Shown here piece after piece: positions 51,246 to 62,108 of a stretch of 64,000 nucleotides of DNA. The DNA comes from an uncultured Desulfospira sp. (GTDB lineage: Bacteria; Desulfobacterota; Desulfobacteria; Desulfobacterales; Desulfobacteraceae). The translations under genes were made by a program, and so were the position numbers. The first letter of the stretch is position 1. The number at the start of each line of letters is the position of its first letter. The DNA lies in NCBI GenBank assembly GCA_963663165.1, contig OY760175.1:5312001-5376000 (forward strand), given 5' to 3'. The notes beneath the pieces were generated by a model that saw only the letters and a list, made by a program, of their open reading frames with translations, did not search any database and had not been told where the DNA came from.

Positions 51246-52580
51246 CTATTGTTTCAGGATTTTTTCAGGAATCCTGTCTTTGGGCACAATAGTCTTTTGA
51301 TTGGCCTTTATTTCCTCCGGGGTCAGGTCCTTTGCCTGTAAAAACAATTCCGGGTTCCCATGGCAGCTGTTACAGGTTTCGGCCTGGCGTGTTTTCAATA
51401 TAATGTTATGGGGAGAGCTTCGTTTCCAGGTGGGAACAGCCGGAAAATTCTCCAATCCCTTGGGGATGTAAAATTTAAAGGTGTCCGGCACAACAGGGGC
51501 ATGCCGGACCACCACATATTCGTAAGGGGCTTTTTGTGTGGGCTCCGGGTTCAGGCCGATTTTAAACATCACATGGGTTTTCTGGCATTTGAAATAGGGC
51601 AGCCCTTTTTTATCCGTGCCCACATGACAGGAAAAGCAGCTTTTGGAGGCCTGGGAATGGCAAACCTGGCAGGCCAGTTTTTGGACATGCCCGGTATGAT
51701 ACGGGTTTTTGCTGTCCGGTTTGAGGACATCTTCATGGCACTGAATGCATTCCGGCTTCTGGGCAAGGGCATACCGGTCGGTGGCGGCATTGGCATGCAT
51801 CTCATTGGCGTTGTGGCAGTTCATGCAGGTCATTTCTTCGTCTTCAAAATGGGTGTCGGGCGCCAAATCCTCGGTGGTCCCGGTAAATTCACCATGGACC
51901 CGTCCTCCGTGGCAGGAGGCACAGGTGGTATCCATGGGCGGCTTCTTCTTAAAGTGGTGTTTGGATAAAAAACCGCCTTTGACATAGTCCGGCCGGGAGA
52001 TGTGGCATTGTCCGCAACTGCTGTGGCAGGTCCCGCAGTGCCGGTCCATGGATTCTTTGAGGACTTTTCTGGTGTCGGGGGCACAGCATTCCCCGCCGGC
52101 CCGGCTGAAGATGGCCTGAAACATGGGCCCCAGGGTATAATGCAGGCTGTTGGTCGCCGTTTCAACGATATCGCCGTGACATTCTCCGCACACCCGATCG
52201 GCATCCCGGATGGTCGGATCGGTGACCAGTCCCTTGTGGGCGGTCTGCCAGTTATCGTCATCCGGTAAGCCGCCGTGGCATTCCTGGCAGGGGATCTGGC
52301 CATGCTCGGTTTCCAGAAAGGCCGGATCCACATAAATCTTCTGGTACAGCTCCAACGGAGCCAGCGGGCCGCCTCACCCTTCGCCGGTGGTTTCGGAGCT
52401 TTGGCCTTTCCTGGGCTTGAGTTTTTCTACCTCCCAGCACAGGCGGATCAATTTTTTCAGGTTGGTATGGCATTGGATACACTGGCTGGAAGGCTCTTGC
52501 GAAAAAGAGGCCGGGGAAATTATCGCAGCGATGAAGCCAAACGCAAAAATCAAAGGGAGAATCTTCTTTTTGAAGCGCAT
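51246..52580 (-). CDS. Multiheme (11 CxxCH) cytochrome c, predicted selenoprotein (UGA at 52374-52376)
   Basis: ORFs 52374-52580 and 51246-52355 are in one frame, separated by TGA plus GGPLAP. Signal peptide is only in the first part. Hairpin directly after the UGA. Confidence 0.85.
52341..52364 (-). promoter_or_regulatory. Candidate bacterial SECIS element
   Basis: Minus strand CTGG-CTCC-GTT-GGAG-CTGTA-CCAG. Apical loop G lies 18 nt after the UGA. Confidence 0.6.
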
Positions 52581-52730
52581 TCAAATCACCTTTTTTATAG
52601 AAACAATGTTGGGCTCTGGCTAAGTTACTTAGTACTTGACCAGTGGCCTGTCAAGGAAAAAACTTGGTCCTTGCCTTTCTGTGGCCTTCCTGGTAAATCC
52701 CAGGTTGGATTTATATTAAGGAAGGTGAAC

Positions 52731-53549
52731 ATGCAGTCAGGGCAGTCAAACGGTTCCGCGGTCTTTCATGCCCGGGAATACGGCACAGATCAAAATCGGT
52801 CACAACCCATTGAGCTGGTTGAGGAAAGCCCTCTGTTGATAACGGTTCAAGGTGGTAAATCCGTTTGTGTTATGAGAACGCCGGGCAACGAAATCAACCA
52901 TGCCGCAGGCTTTTGCCTGGCCGAAGGCATTGCCGGATCCCCTTCGGATTTTCAAACCATTGAGTATGACGGCAGAACAGATCCAAACCGCGTTACAGTT
53001 CGACTCACGCCGGGATGCCAATCAAGGGCACCTTCCCTCAGGGTCTGGGAGAACTTTCCCCCTCAGGACGGCGGCAGCCCGGACAAAGGGCAGTTGATCG
53101 GGCAATTTACCAAAGCCTTTGCTTTGCCCAGGGACGGGTTTCGTATTCATCCAGACCAGGTCTGCCAGTGCGTGGATTCCCTTTATGAGCGGCAGAGCAT
53201 TTACCCGAAGACCCGGGGAACCCATGCGGCCCTGGTGTTTGATAACCGGTTTGAAATTCTCGGGTTTGCTGAAGATGTGGGACGGCACAATGCCCTGGAC
53301 AAGGCCCTGGGAAGGGTATTGCTGGAAGGGGGCCTGGGCCGTGCCAAAATGGCCGTGATGTCTTCCAGAATCAGTTCGGCACTGGTCCTCAAAGCGGCCC
53401 GGGCCCGGCTGCCCATGCTGGCCAGTAAATCCTCACCAACGGCCATGGCCGTTGATATGGCAGCCGGGGTAAACATGACCCTGGCGTTTGTGACCGAAAA
53501 ATCAAAGCTTGTGGTTCTTTGCGGAGAACACCGGATTGTGGCGGGATAA
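52731..53549 (+). CDS. fdhD: Formate dehydrogenase accessory sulfurtransferase FdhD (divergent)
   Basis: MRTPG..AAGFCLAEG, TRGTHAA, EDVGRHNALDK, SSRIS, SSPT..AV. Confidence 0.85.
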   Translation: MQSGQSNGSAVFHAREYGTDQNRSQPIELVEESPLLITVQGGKSVCVMRTPGNEINHAAGFCLAEGIAGSPSDFQTIEYDGRTDPNRVTVRLTPGCQSRAPSLRVWENFPPQDGGSPDKGQLIGQFTKAFALPRDGFRIHPDQVCQCVDSLYERQSIYPKTRGTHAALVFDNRFEILGFAEDVGRHNALDKALGRVLLEGGLGRAKMAVMSSRISSALVLKAARARLPMLASKSSPTAMAVDMAAGVNMTLAFVTEKSKLVVLCGEHRIVAG

Positions 53550-53740
53550 CGTCAATTTTCTCCATTGTTCAAGACCGGTAAAAATCGTTACGATATTTAT
53601 GGGGACGGCTTAAATTCCAGGCCTGACCGGTAGCTGTGACGCCCGTTGATGCCCATAAAACCGGATATTTTCCTTGACAAAGCTCAAGTCACTATCCTAA
53701 TATTTCAGGACACGTCGTTGAAATTTAGGAATTTATCATA

Positions 53741-56700
53741 ATGAGACATGTTTTTTGGGGCACGGGCATTATCATACTGTTCGCATCGCTCGCAGCCGGC
53801 TTTTCATCCCGCTTCATATCCGGGGCCTTCGCCGTGGGTGAAATATCGCAACTGCCTGTTTCGGCAGAAAATATCAACTGGGGTATCCTGGCTTTGGCCG
53901 GGGTGGCACTGGTGGCTGCGGTTTACTGGAACCGCAGAATTTCCAAAGAAATCAAAGCGCGCCGGCAGGTGGAGAAAAACCTGGACGATGTAGCGGCTGA
54001 ATTAAGCAAGGTTCTGGAAAACGCCCAGGCCGGAATCCTTTTTTTACGGGGTGACAGAAGCGTTTATAAGTGCAATGAACGGCTGGCCAAAATCCTGGGG
54101 TATGAGAAGCTTGAGGACATGATGCCCATAACGGTCAGGGACATCCATCTGACCAAGGAACGGTTTGAAAATTTTGGCAAAAATTATTACGAGAAACTCC
54201 GGGATGAAACCGTTTATGTGGAGTATGAACTGTGCCGCAAAGACGGCAGTCCGGTCTGGTGTTCCCTTAAAGGCAAGGCCTTTGACGACAAACAGCCGGC
54301 GGATCTTGGCAAAGGGGTCATCTGGTTAATTGACGATATCAGCAATCGCAAGGCAGCCGAGCAGGTTGCCCAGGACCAGCTCATGTTCCAGGCAGCCCTG
54401 ATCAATACCATCCCCTATCCCATCTTTATTAAAGATATTCACAACCGGTACGTGGGCTGTAACAAAGCCTATGAAGACCTGTTCCAGACCACACGGGACC
54501 AGATTATCGGCAAAATGGTCCTTGATCTCGAACTTCTCCCCCTTGAAGTTAGGAAGACCCATCACGATGAAGATGCGGATCTGCTGCTCAAAGGCGGCAT
54601 GCTCCATCGAGAATTCCCTTATAATTATACGGATGGCCGGTGCCATCACGTCCTGTACCGGGTTTCCGCATTTGATCTTTCCGACGGCCGGCGGGCCGGG
54701 CTGATCGGTATTATCGTGGACATCACCGACCTTAAACAGGCCCAGGAAAAAGCCGAAGAGGCCACCCGGGCCAAATCGGATTTCCTGGCCAACATGAGCC
54801 ATGAAATCCGGACCCCCATGAATGCCATCATGGGGATGACCCATCTGGCCTTAAGGACCGAGCTCTCTGACAAGCAGCGCGATTATTTGGAAAAAATAGA
54901 CGGCTCAGCCAAGGCATTGCTCCACATTATCAATGATATTCTGGATTTTTCAAAAATTGAGGCCGGCCGTCTGGAGATGGAAAAGACCGACTTTTTTCTG
55001 GAGGACGTGCTGGATAATCTGGGCAACCTCATGCAGGCGAACACTGGGGAAAAGGGGATTGAACTGCTCTTTAAGGTGGCTTCCGAGATCCCTGTAAATC
55101 TGGTGGGCGATCCCCTGCGCTTAGGCCAGGTGCTGATCAATTTTACCAGCAACGCCGTCAAGTTCACGGAAAAAGGGGAAATCGTCGTATCTGTGGAGGA
55201 AGTGGAGCGGTCCTCAAAAACCACAAAACTTAAATTTTTAGTTTCAGATACCGGGATCGGGATTCCTGAAAAGAAGCTGGCCAAACTTTTCCATGCCTTT
55301 ACCCAGGCCGATTCTTCCACCACCCGAAAGCATGGCGGTACCGGCTTAGGCCTTGTTATCAGCCAGCGCCTGGCTCAGCTTATGGGCGGAGAGGTCGGGG
55401 TGGAAAGCACGCCGGGCAAGGGCAGTACCTTCTGGTTTACAGGGGTTTTCGGCCTTCAGGAGAATCCGGACAAAGAGATGCGCTTTCTGGCCGACGATTT
55501 TTACGGCATGCGGGTACTGGTGGTGGACGATAATCGGGTATCCTGTGTCATTTTAAGCGAAATGCTGACGGAAATGGGCCTGTCCCCGGAAATCGTTCAT
55601 ACCGGCGAAGAGGCCATCCGGGTGCTGGAGCAGGCCCCTGAAGATTTGCCTTTTGAGCTGGTTCTCATGGACTGGCGCATGCCGGGCATGGACGGGATTG
55701 AAACCTCTGTTAAAATACAAAATAGCGACCGGCTTCCCAAGACGCCAACGATTTTCATGGTTACGGGGTATGGCCGTGAGGAGGCCATGAAGCAGGCCCA
55801 GGATGCCCAATTGAGTGCATTCCTGGTCAAACCTGTCAACCGGTCGGTTCTGTTTGATACCATTGTCAATACCCTGGGATGTGCTGTGCCGGAAAAATCC
55901 AGAATTCACCGGACCATAGAGCCGGATCTGCCGGAAGTCGCCGCCATAAAAGGCGCCCGCCTCCTGCTGGCCGAAGATAATTTGATCAACCAGCAGGTGG
56001 CCCGGGAACTGCTGGAGCAGGCCGGATTTGTGGTCAGTGTGGCTGAAAACGGTCAGGAAGCCGTGGATATGGTGAAAACCGCATTGCAGGATGCGAAAAT
56101 AACGGGCAGTTTCGCTTACGACGCCATTCTCATGGATATCCAGATGCCGGTCATGGATGGGATCGCCGCCACCAGGGCCATTCGCAGCCTGAACGGGGTT
56201 GAAGCGCTGCCCATTATCGCCATGACCGCCCATGCCATGGCCGGAGACCGGGAAAAGTCCATTGAAGCCGGCATGGTGGACCATGTTGCCAAACCCATTG
56301 ATCCGGCCGAGCTTTATAACGCGCTGCTTAAATGGGTCAAGCCGGGTGCCGCTGCCAAGACGTCTCCCCCCGCACCTGCCCCTGAACCCGCACCGTTGCC
56401 TGGCGCCGGGCCGAAACCCGCACCTGCCCCCAAACCCCAAGCCTCTCCGGCACCCTCAAGCCGCAAGGATGATGAACTTCCCGATTTGCCGGGCTATGAT
56501 GTCAAAACCGCCCTGAACCGGGTCAGGGGGAATATCAAACTTTATATTTCCCTTCTGAACAGCCTGCGAACTGATTACATGGATGCGCCGGAAAAGCTGA
56601 TATCCCTGCTAGAAGCGGGGGCTGTTGAAGATGCGGAGCGACTGGCCCATACGGTTAAGGGGATTGCCGGAAATCTTGGCCATAATGAACTGCAACATGT

Positions 56701-57073
56701 CGCCTGTGAGGTGGAATACGGCATCCGGGATCAGGTTGAGGACATGTCCGGCCGCCTGTCCGCCTTTTCAGCGGTGCTGGCCATGGCCCTTGATGCCCTG
56801 AAACCGCTGGCCCAGAAGAAAGAGCCCCAAAAAAGGCCGGCTGTTCCCGATGACCAGGTGGATATCAGTGCCTTACGCGATGTCCTCGAAGGGATGCTGC
56901 CCTTTGTCCAGTCCCGGAAAATCATGGAATGCCGGGAGCGGATGTCGTCCCTTAAAGCCTTGCCATGGCCGTCCGGCATTTCGTCAAAACTGGAAGATTT
57001 GAACCGGTATCTGGGTAAATATAAATTCAAAGAGAGTGTGGAAATTATTGAAAGTTTACTGAAAACCATGTAG
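53741..57073 (+). CDS. Hybrid sensor histidine kinase (PAS-PAS-HisKA-HATPase-REC-REC-Hpt)
   Basis: [32 protein letters not shown], two MD..MP receivers, AHTVKG Hpt. Confidence 0.95.
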   Translation: MRHVFWGTGIIILFASLAAGFSSRFISGAFAVGEISQLPVSAENINWGILALAGVALVAAVYWNRRISKEIKARRQVEKNLDDVAAELSKVLENAQAGILFLRGDRSVYKCNERLAKILGYEKLEDMMPITVRDIHLTKERFENFGKNYYEKLRDETVYVEYELCRKDGSPVWCSLKGKAFDDKQPADLGKGVIWLIDDISNRKAAEQVAQDQLMFQAALINTIPYPIFIKDIHNRYVGCNKAYEDLFQTTRDQIIGKMVLDLELLPLEVRKTHHDEDADLLLKGGMLHREFPYNYTDGRCHHVLYRVSAFDLSDGRRAGLIGIIVDITDLKQAQEKAEEATRAKSDFLANMSHEIRTPMNAIMGMTHLALRTELSDKQRDYLEKIDGSAKALLHIINDILDFSKIEAGRLEMEKTDFFLEDVLDNLGNLMQANTGEKGIELLFKVASEIPVNLVGDPLRLGQVLINFTSNAVKFTEKGEIVVSVEEVERSSKTTKLKFLVSDTGIGIPEKKLAKLFHAFTQADSSTTRKHGGTGLGLVISQRLAQLMGGEVGVESTPGKGSTFWFTGVFGLQENPDKEMRFLADDFYGMRVLVVDDNRVSCVILSEMLTEMGLSPEIVHTGEEAIRVLEQAPEDLPFELVLMDWRMPGMDGIETSVKIQNSDRLPKTPTIFMVTGYGREEAMKQAQDAQLSAFLVKPVNRSVLFDTIVNTLGCAVPEKSRIHRTIEPDLPEVAAIKGARLLLAEDNLINQQVARELLEQAGFVVSVAENGQEAVDMVKTALQDAKITGSFAYDAILMDIQMPVMDGIAATRAIRSLNGVEALPIIAMTAHAMAGDREKSIEAGMVDHVAKPIDPAELYNALLKWVKPGAAAKTSPPAPAPEPAPLPGAGPKPAPAPKPQASPAPSSRKDDELPDLPGYDVKTALNRVRGNIKLYISLLNSLRTDYMDAPEKLISLLEAGAVEDAERLAHTVKGIAGNLGHNELQHVACEVEYGIRDQVEDMSGRLSAFSAVLAMALDALKPLAQKKEPQKRPAVPDDQVDISALRDVLEGMLPFVQSRKIMECRERMSSLKALPWPSGISSKLEDLNRYLGKYKFKESVEIIESLLKTM

Positions 57074-57144
57074 TGTTTTTCCATCGGCCCTAATGTTAAA
57101 CCGGCCCCCTCTAACCGGGACTCAACCCATTCAAGGTAACGTCA

Positions 57145-58200
57145 ATGAACCCAGAAGAATCGTATATGCCCCAAGTTCTTATTGTTGACGATATTGAAGC
57201 CAATATTGATGTTTTGGTGGAAATCTTGTGTGAGGACTATGATCTCCGGGTGGCCACCAGCGGGGCCGATGCTTTAGAAGCCGTGGCCGACACCCGGCCC
57301 GAGCTGATTCTGCTGGACGTCATGATGCCTGAAATGAACGGGTATGAGGTGTGCAAGCGCCTGAAGTCCGATCCCAAAACCGCCAAGATCCCCATTATTT
57401 TCGTAACCGCCATGAACGAGGCCGTGGATGAGAGCAAAGGGCTTGAAATGGGGGCGGTGGACTACATCACAAAACCCATTGTGCCGTTCATCCTTCAGGC
57501 CAGGGTCCGCAACCATCTGGCCCTGGCCGACCAGCAGCGGGCCTGTGAGCGGACCGTGGAAGCACAGGTGGCGGAGATTGAGCAGGGCCAGACCGACTGC
57601 ATTCATATGCTGGGCAACGCCAGCCATTACAATGATGATGATACCGGGGTCCATATCTGGCGGATGGCGGCCTATTCCAAAGCCCTGGCCAAAGCCGTTC
57701 ACTGGTCGGTGGAAGACCAGGAACTGCTGGTTCTGGCCGCCGCCATGCATGATACCGGGAAAATCGGTATTCCGGATGCGGTCCTGAAAAAACCCGGCAG
57801 GCTTAATGACGAGGAATGGGCCATCATGCGGACCCATTCTGAAATCGGGTATAAGATTCTTTCCATCAGCCAGACCCCCGTGTTCCAGATGGCCGCCGCC
57901 ATTGCCTATTATCATCATGAGCGGTGGGACGGTAACGGATACCCCAAAGGCCTTAAGGGCGAAGATATCCCGGAGTCTGCCCGGATTGTGGCCATCGCCG
58001 ATGTGTTTGATGCCCTGACCTCTGCCCGCCCTTATAAAGACCCCTGGCCTGTGGACAAGGCCTATGCGGTTATTTGTGAAGAAAGCGGCCAGTTTGATCC
58101 CGGGCTTTCAGACGGCTTTCTTTCCATTCGTCCTGAAATCGAACGGCTGATGGCCTACTGGCGGGATCAGGAGAATGAGGACGATGTGTTTGGGGCTTGA
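57145..58200 (+). CDS. REC-HD-GYP response regulator (c-di-GMP phosphodiesterase)
   Basis: LLDVMMP, HDTGK, HHERWDGNGYP. Confidence 0.93.
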   Translation: MNPEESYMPQVLIVDDIEANIDVLVEILCEDYDLRVATSGADALEAVADTRPELILLDVMMPEMNGYEVCKRLKSDPKTAKIPIIFVTAMNEAVDESKGLEMGAVDYITKPIVPFILQARVRNHLALADQQRACERTVEAQVAEIEQGQTDCIHMLGNASHYNDDDTGVHIWRMAAYSKALAKAVHWSVEDQELLVLAAAMHDTGKIGIPDAVLKKPGRLNDEEWAIMRTHSEIGYKILSISQTPVFQMAAAIAYYHHERWDGNGYPKGLKGEDIPESARIVAIADVFDALTSARPYKDPWPVDKAYAVICEESGQFDPGLSDGFLSIRPEIERLMAYWRDQENEDDVFGA

Positions 58201-58853
58201 GCCTGTTTCCGGGGCGTCACCCCTTTTTGGGGGCATTTTTCCTGCAACGGGCATTGATGGCACAAGGGGGAAACCGGGCGGCAGGTCCCCTGGCCGAATG
58301 CCACCAGGATGCCGTTGATTTTTTTCCAGTATTTTCTGGGCAGTTTTTTTCTTAAGGCCTGCTCGGTTTCCAGAGGGGTTTTGGTGCTGACATATCCCCA
58401 GATGTTCATGATCCGGTGAACATGGGTATCCACGCAGATGGCGTCCTTGTCAAAGGCCACGGCCCGGACCAGGTTGGCGGTTTTCCGGCCCACCCCGGGC
58501 AGGGTGACCAGGTCGTCAATTTTGTCAGGAACCCTTCCGCCAAAGGCGTCAAGGGCCTGGGGCAGCCGGGCCAGGTAACCGGCCTTGGATTTGTAAAACC
58601 CCACCGGGAAGATCAGGTTCTGGATCTGTTCCTGGGAAAGCCCGGAAAGCCCCCTGGCATCCGGGGCCGCTTTGAACAGGCGCTCTGAGGCCTTTGCCGT
58701 CACCTCATCCTTGGTCCTTGCCGATAAAATGGTGGCCACCAGCACCTTAAAGGCAGACCGGGTCTGAACATGGATCAAATCCACCACCGGTACCTGGTAG
58801 GTGGACACTTCTTTTTCTAAGGTTTCAACAAAACAGGAAATGTTAATGGCCAC
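58167..58853 (-). CDS. nth: Endonuclease III
   Basis: LPGVGRKTAN HhH, VDTHVHR, C-x6-C-x2-C-x5-C Fe-S motif. Confidence 0.93.
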   Translation of the reverse strand: MAINISCFVETLEKEVSTYQVPVVDLIHVQTRSAFKVLVATILSARTKDEVTAKASERLFKAAPDARGLSGLSQEQIQNLIFPVGFYKSKAGYLARLPQALDAFGGRVPDKIDDLVTLPGVGRKTANLVRAVAFDKDAICVDTHVHRIMNIWGYVSTKTPLETEQALRKKLPRKYWKKINGILVAFGQGTCRPVSPLCHQCPLQEKCPQKGVTPRKQAQAPNTSSSFS

Positions 58854-58865
58854 GGTCTGCTGTCT

Positions 58866-59882
58866 TCATTGGTTGGTTTTGGGCAGGGGAGCGTCCGGAA
58901 CAAAGGCCCCATGGTCGGGGGTAATGGTTTTATACCCCTGCTTGAATATTTTGAAATGGATGATGGCCAGGTAGACCACCAGGGCACCGATAATGCCGGA
59001 TCTAAGATTCTGGGACAACGGAATGATGCTCTGGGTCCACAGGGTCATGAAAAAATCAATGCTCAAAAAAACGGTAAACAGCAACAGCACGTTTCTTGGC
59101 CCGATTTTAATGGCAAAGTATGCGGCCAGAAACAGACCGGCGATGGACACCCCGGGGACCGCCGAATACCACAGGGAAAAGGGGACATCATGAAACGCAA
59201 GATTGAGCAGGGTCCCCATGATGGAAGTGGCCGCCATAATGGAAATACTGGTGACAATGGAGGCGGCCGGATTGATCCGGTAGACCATGGTTAACAGAAA
59301 ATAAAATATGGTATCAATCCCAAACCCGATCCAGCCCGAGATCAGCCCCCCGATCAGTGAGGCCATAAAAAAAATGGCGCCGTTTTTAAGGGTCAGGCTG
59401 ACGGTGCGGTTGGGGTAGGTCCGTTTAAATAAAATGGAGAAAAAAATAACCTGGGTAAAGATAAACGCAGTGGAGTTGAACACCAGGGTTAAAAATTCAG
59501 GGTTGTAAATGGGGATACAAATATTGCCCAGGACCATGCCAACAGCCCCCCCGAACAACGAGACCGGGATCACATTGGTGATGAACAAATTCCGGTTAAG
59601 GCAGAACCACCGTAATGAGCCAAGCCCCATCCCATACGCCTGGATCACCAGGCTGAACTGAACCACGGTAACCGGGTCCATATGAATCCGGGTCAGGACG
59701 GGGAAATAGACAATCCCTGCGGCAGCCGGGGTAATATTGGCAACCGTAGCCGCAACAATGCCCAGAAAGGGCATAAAATAAAATTTTTCCAGGAACACGT
59801 CTTTGAAAAATGGAAACAGGGCCCCCCAGATCCCAAAAATCACGATTAATGACAGGTAAAAATATTTATGATTGAGTTTCAT
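58866..59882 (-). CDS. TauE/SafE (sulfite exporter) family membrane protein
   Basis: Multi-TM, GGLISGWIGFG motif. Confidence 0.7.
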   Translation of the reverse strand: MKLNHKYFYLSLIVIFGIWGALFPFFKDVFLEKFYFMPFLGIVAATVANITPAAAGIVYFPVLTRIHMDPVTVVQFSLVIQAYGMGLGSLRWFCLNRNLFITNVIPVSLFGGAVGMVLGNICIPIYNPEFLTLVFNSTAFIFTQVIFFSILFKRTYPNRTVSLTLKNGAIFFMASLIGGLISGWIGFGIDTIFYFLLTMVYRINPAASIVTSISIMAATSIMGTLLNLAFHDVPFSLWYSAVPGVSIAGLFLAAYFAIKIGPRNVLLLFTVFLSIDFFMTLWTQSIIPLSQNLRSGIIGALVVYLAIIHFKIFKQGYKTITPDHGAFVPDAPLPKTNQ

Positions 59883-60139
59883 ACACGGTTAAATACAACT
59901 GCCATTAATTTTTAAGGGATACTGAGACGGAAAAAAGATCCATTCTGAATCTCCCCGGCATTGGGTTAATTGAAGCATTGTAAGATGGTCCAATGAATAA
60001 ATCAAGCACCGTTTTTCTCCTGTCCCGCCCCTTGACCTTTAAACCGCTTTTCGGTATCCATGATATCGAATTGAATGCCTGCCCGTAAACATTCGCAGCG
60101 TTCAGGGGCATTTTCATTATGTGGCTCAAAGGAATCGTT

Positions 60140-60973
60140 ATGGAACTTACCATCCTTGTGGATAACCAGACCCTGATTGACCGGTATTTTCTGGCCGAAC
60201 CCGGCCTGTCCATCCTGATCGAAGATGAGGATGTGACGATTTTATTTGATACCGGATATTCGAATATCTTTATTCAGAACAGCATCAAAATGGGAAAAGA
60301 CCTGACCAATCTGGATTATGTTGCTCTTTCCCACGGCCATCTGGACCATACCTGGGGCCTTGGCCCCCTGATCCGTTACTTCACGGAACTTTCAATAGAA
60401 AACCGGTCGTTCAACCGGCCGACCCTGGTGGCCCATCCGGAATGCCTGACCGGAATTACCCTGGAAGGTGCGGGAGAAATCGGCCCGCTGGTATCACAAA
60501 AGGAACTGGCCCGGCACGTTGACCTCCAACTGGAAAAATCCCCTGTAAGTCTGGGCAAACACTTAATTTTTCTTGGGGAAATCCCCCGTGAAAACGATTT
60601 TGAAACCTTCCCCGGGATCGGGAAAAAACACGGTTGTGACAAACAAGACATGCTCCCGGATGATTCAGCCCTGGTTTACCGATCTTCTGAAGGGCTGGTC
60701 ATTATTACCGGATGCTCCCATGCCGGGATCTGTAATATTGTTGAGTACGCCAAAACCGTCTGCAGCGACCACCGGATTCTGGACATTGTGGGCGGATTTC
60801 ATCTTTTAAATCCGGGCCGCCGCCGTATGGAAGCCACGGCCGCCTATTTTAAAGCCCTGAACCCGGGCGCGGTTCATGCCTGCCACTGTACGGATCTGGC
60901 ATCAAGAGTGGCCCTGTCAGCCGTTTCCAATGTGAAAGAAGCCGGCGTAGGGCTTAGCCTTTCCTATGCCTGA
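60140..60973 (+). CDS. MBL-fold metallo-hydrolase
   Basis: LFDTG, SHGHLDHTWG, GCSHAG, GGFH, CHCT. Confidence 0.9.
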   Translation: MELTILVDNQTLIDRYFLAEPGLSILIEDEDVTILFDTGYSNIFIQNSIKMGKDLTNLDYVALSHGHLDHTWGLGPLIRYFTELSIENRSFNRPTLVAHPECLTGITLEGAGEIGPLVSQKELARHVDLQLEKSPVSLGKHLIFLGEIPRENDFETFPGIGKKHGCDKQDMLPDDSALVYRSSEGLVIITGCSHAGICNIVEYAKTVCSDHRILDIVGGFHLLNPGRRRMEATAAYFKALNPGAVHACHCTDLASRVALSAVSNVKEAGVGLSLSYA

Positions 60974-61022
60974 AGCTTGAGGGGGGAAAACAAACAGACG
61001 TTCCCCGCAATTTTAAACCGCT

Positions 61023-61946
61023 TCAAGCCGGCCCTTTGTTTAATTCTTGGGCAATCTTTTTGATGGCATCACCGGCCTGGTCAACCGGAACCTGACAGGT
61101 GCCAACCCGTCTGTGGCCGCCGCCGCCGTATTTGAGCATTAAAGAGCCGACATCGGCTGTGGCGGTTCGGTTGATGATGCTGTAACCGCAGGTGATCACA
61201 ATATTCTGGCGTTGAAATCCCCACATGACCTGCATGGAAATGTTGGCGTCCGGGAACAGGCTGTAAAGCAGGAACCGGTTGCCGGTGTATATTTCCTCCT
61301 GATCCCGCAGGTCTGTGATTACGATTCTGCCGTCCATTTTGCTGCTTTTTAACAGCATGTCCCTGAACAGTTTGTCCTGTTCAAAGTAGCGGACCGTCCG
61401 TTCCTTGATGTCCGGAAGACTTAGAATTTCCTTATCTGTTTTTTGCCGGCAGTAATCGATCATGTCCATCATAAGGGCATAGTTGCTGATGCGGTAGTCC
61501 TTATAGCGGCCAAGGCCCGTACGGGGGTCCATGATAAATGATAAGAGGACCCAGCCTTCGGGATTGAGAATTTCTTCTTTGGTAAACTGGGCGGAATCCG
61601 CCTTGTCCACGGCAACGACCAGGGCATCCAGGTGATCGTTATTAAACTGATCGTATCCGCCGTAATATTCGTAGATCACCCGGGCCGCACTGGGTGCCGA
61701 CGGATCGCTTTTCCCTTCAAAATCCCCAAATGCCTTACGTTCAAGCTCACTGGAGTGATGGTCAAACCAGATACCGCAACCCGGAACAAAAGGAATGTTG
61801 GCCAGGATATCCTCGTCGGAAACCTCAACTTTTCCATCCTGGATGTCTTTGGGATGAACGAATTTAATGTCCTCGATGATCCCCTTTTCCTTGAGAATGG
61901 CGGCGCACCCCAGACCGTCAAAATCCGATCGTGTAACCAGTCGCAT
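61023..61946 (-). CDS. DHH-family phosphoesterase (exopolyphosphatase-like)
   Basis: RSDFDG, FDHH, GGGGH. Confidence 0.85.
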   Translation of the reverse strand: MRLVTRSDFDGLGCAAILKEKGIIEDIKFVHPKDIQDGKVEVSDEDILANIPFVPGCGIWFDHHSSELERKAFGDFEGKSDPSAPSAARVIYEYYGGYDQFNNDHLDALVVAVDKADSAQFTKEEILNPEGWVLLSFIMDPRTGLGRYKDYRISNYALMMDMIDYCRQKTDKEILSLPDIKERTVRYFEQDKLFRDMLLKSSKMDGRIVITDLRDQEEIYTGNRFLLYSLFPDANISMQVMWGFQRQNIVITCGYSIINRTATADVGSLMLKYGGGGHRRVGTCQVPVDQAGDAIKKIAQELNKGPA

Positions 61947-62108
61947 TTAGCTCTCCTTTTTTTTGCGAAAATTAAAAGATAAGGATAGAGTTACCCTAAC
62001 ATGAAACAGGCAGAAAACTCAAATAATAAGTTGATTTTTAAATTCCCGGCCTAAGCGGACGTTCCAGCCGCTATCGATAGCGGGGTGTGTTCAGTGCCTA
62101 TTATTTTC

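Noticed and set aside
52275..52730. 152-aa N-terminal extension of FdhD in the ORF track
   Set aside because: It overlaps the cytochrome gene on the opposite strand. A good RBS (AAGGAAGGTG) precedes ATG 52731.
56340..56465. Pro/Ala-rich repeat in the hybrid kinase
   Set aside because: An ordinary flexible linker between the receiver and Hpt domains.
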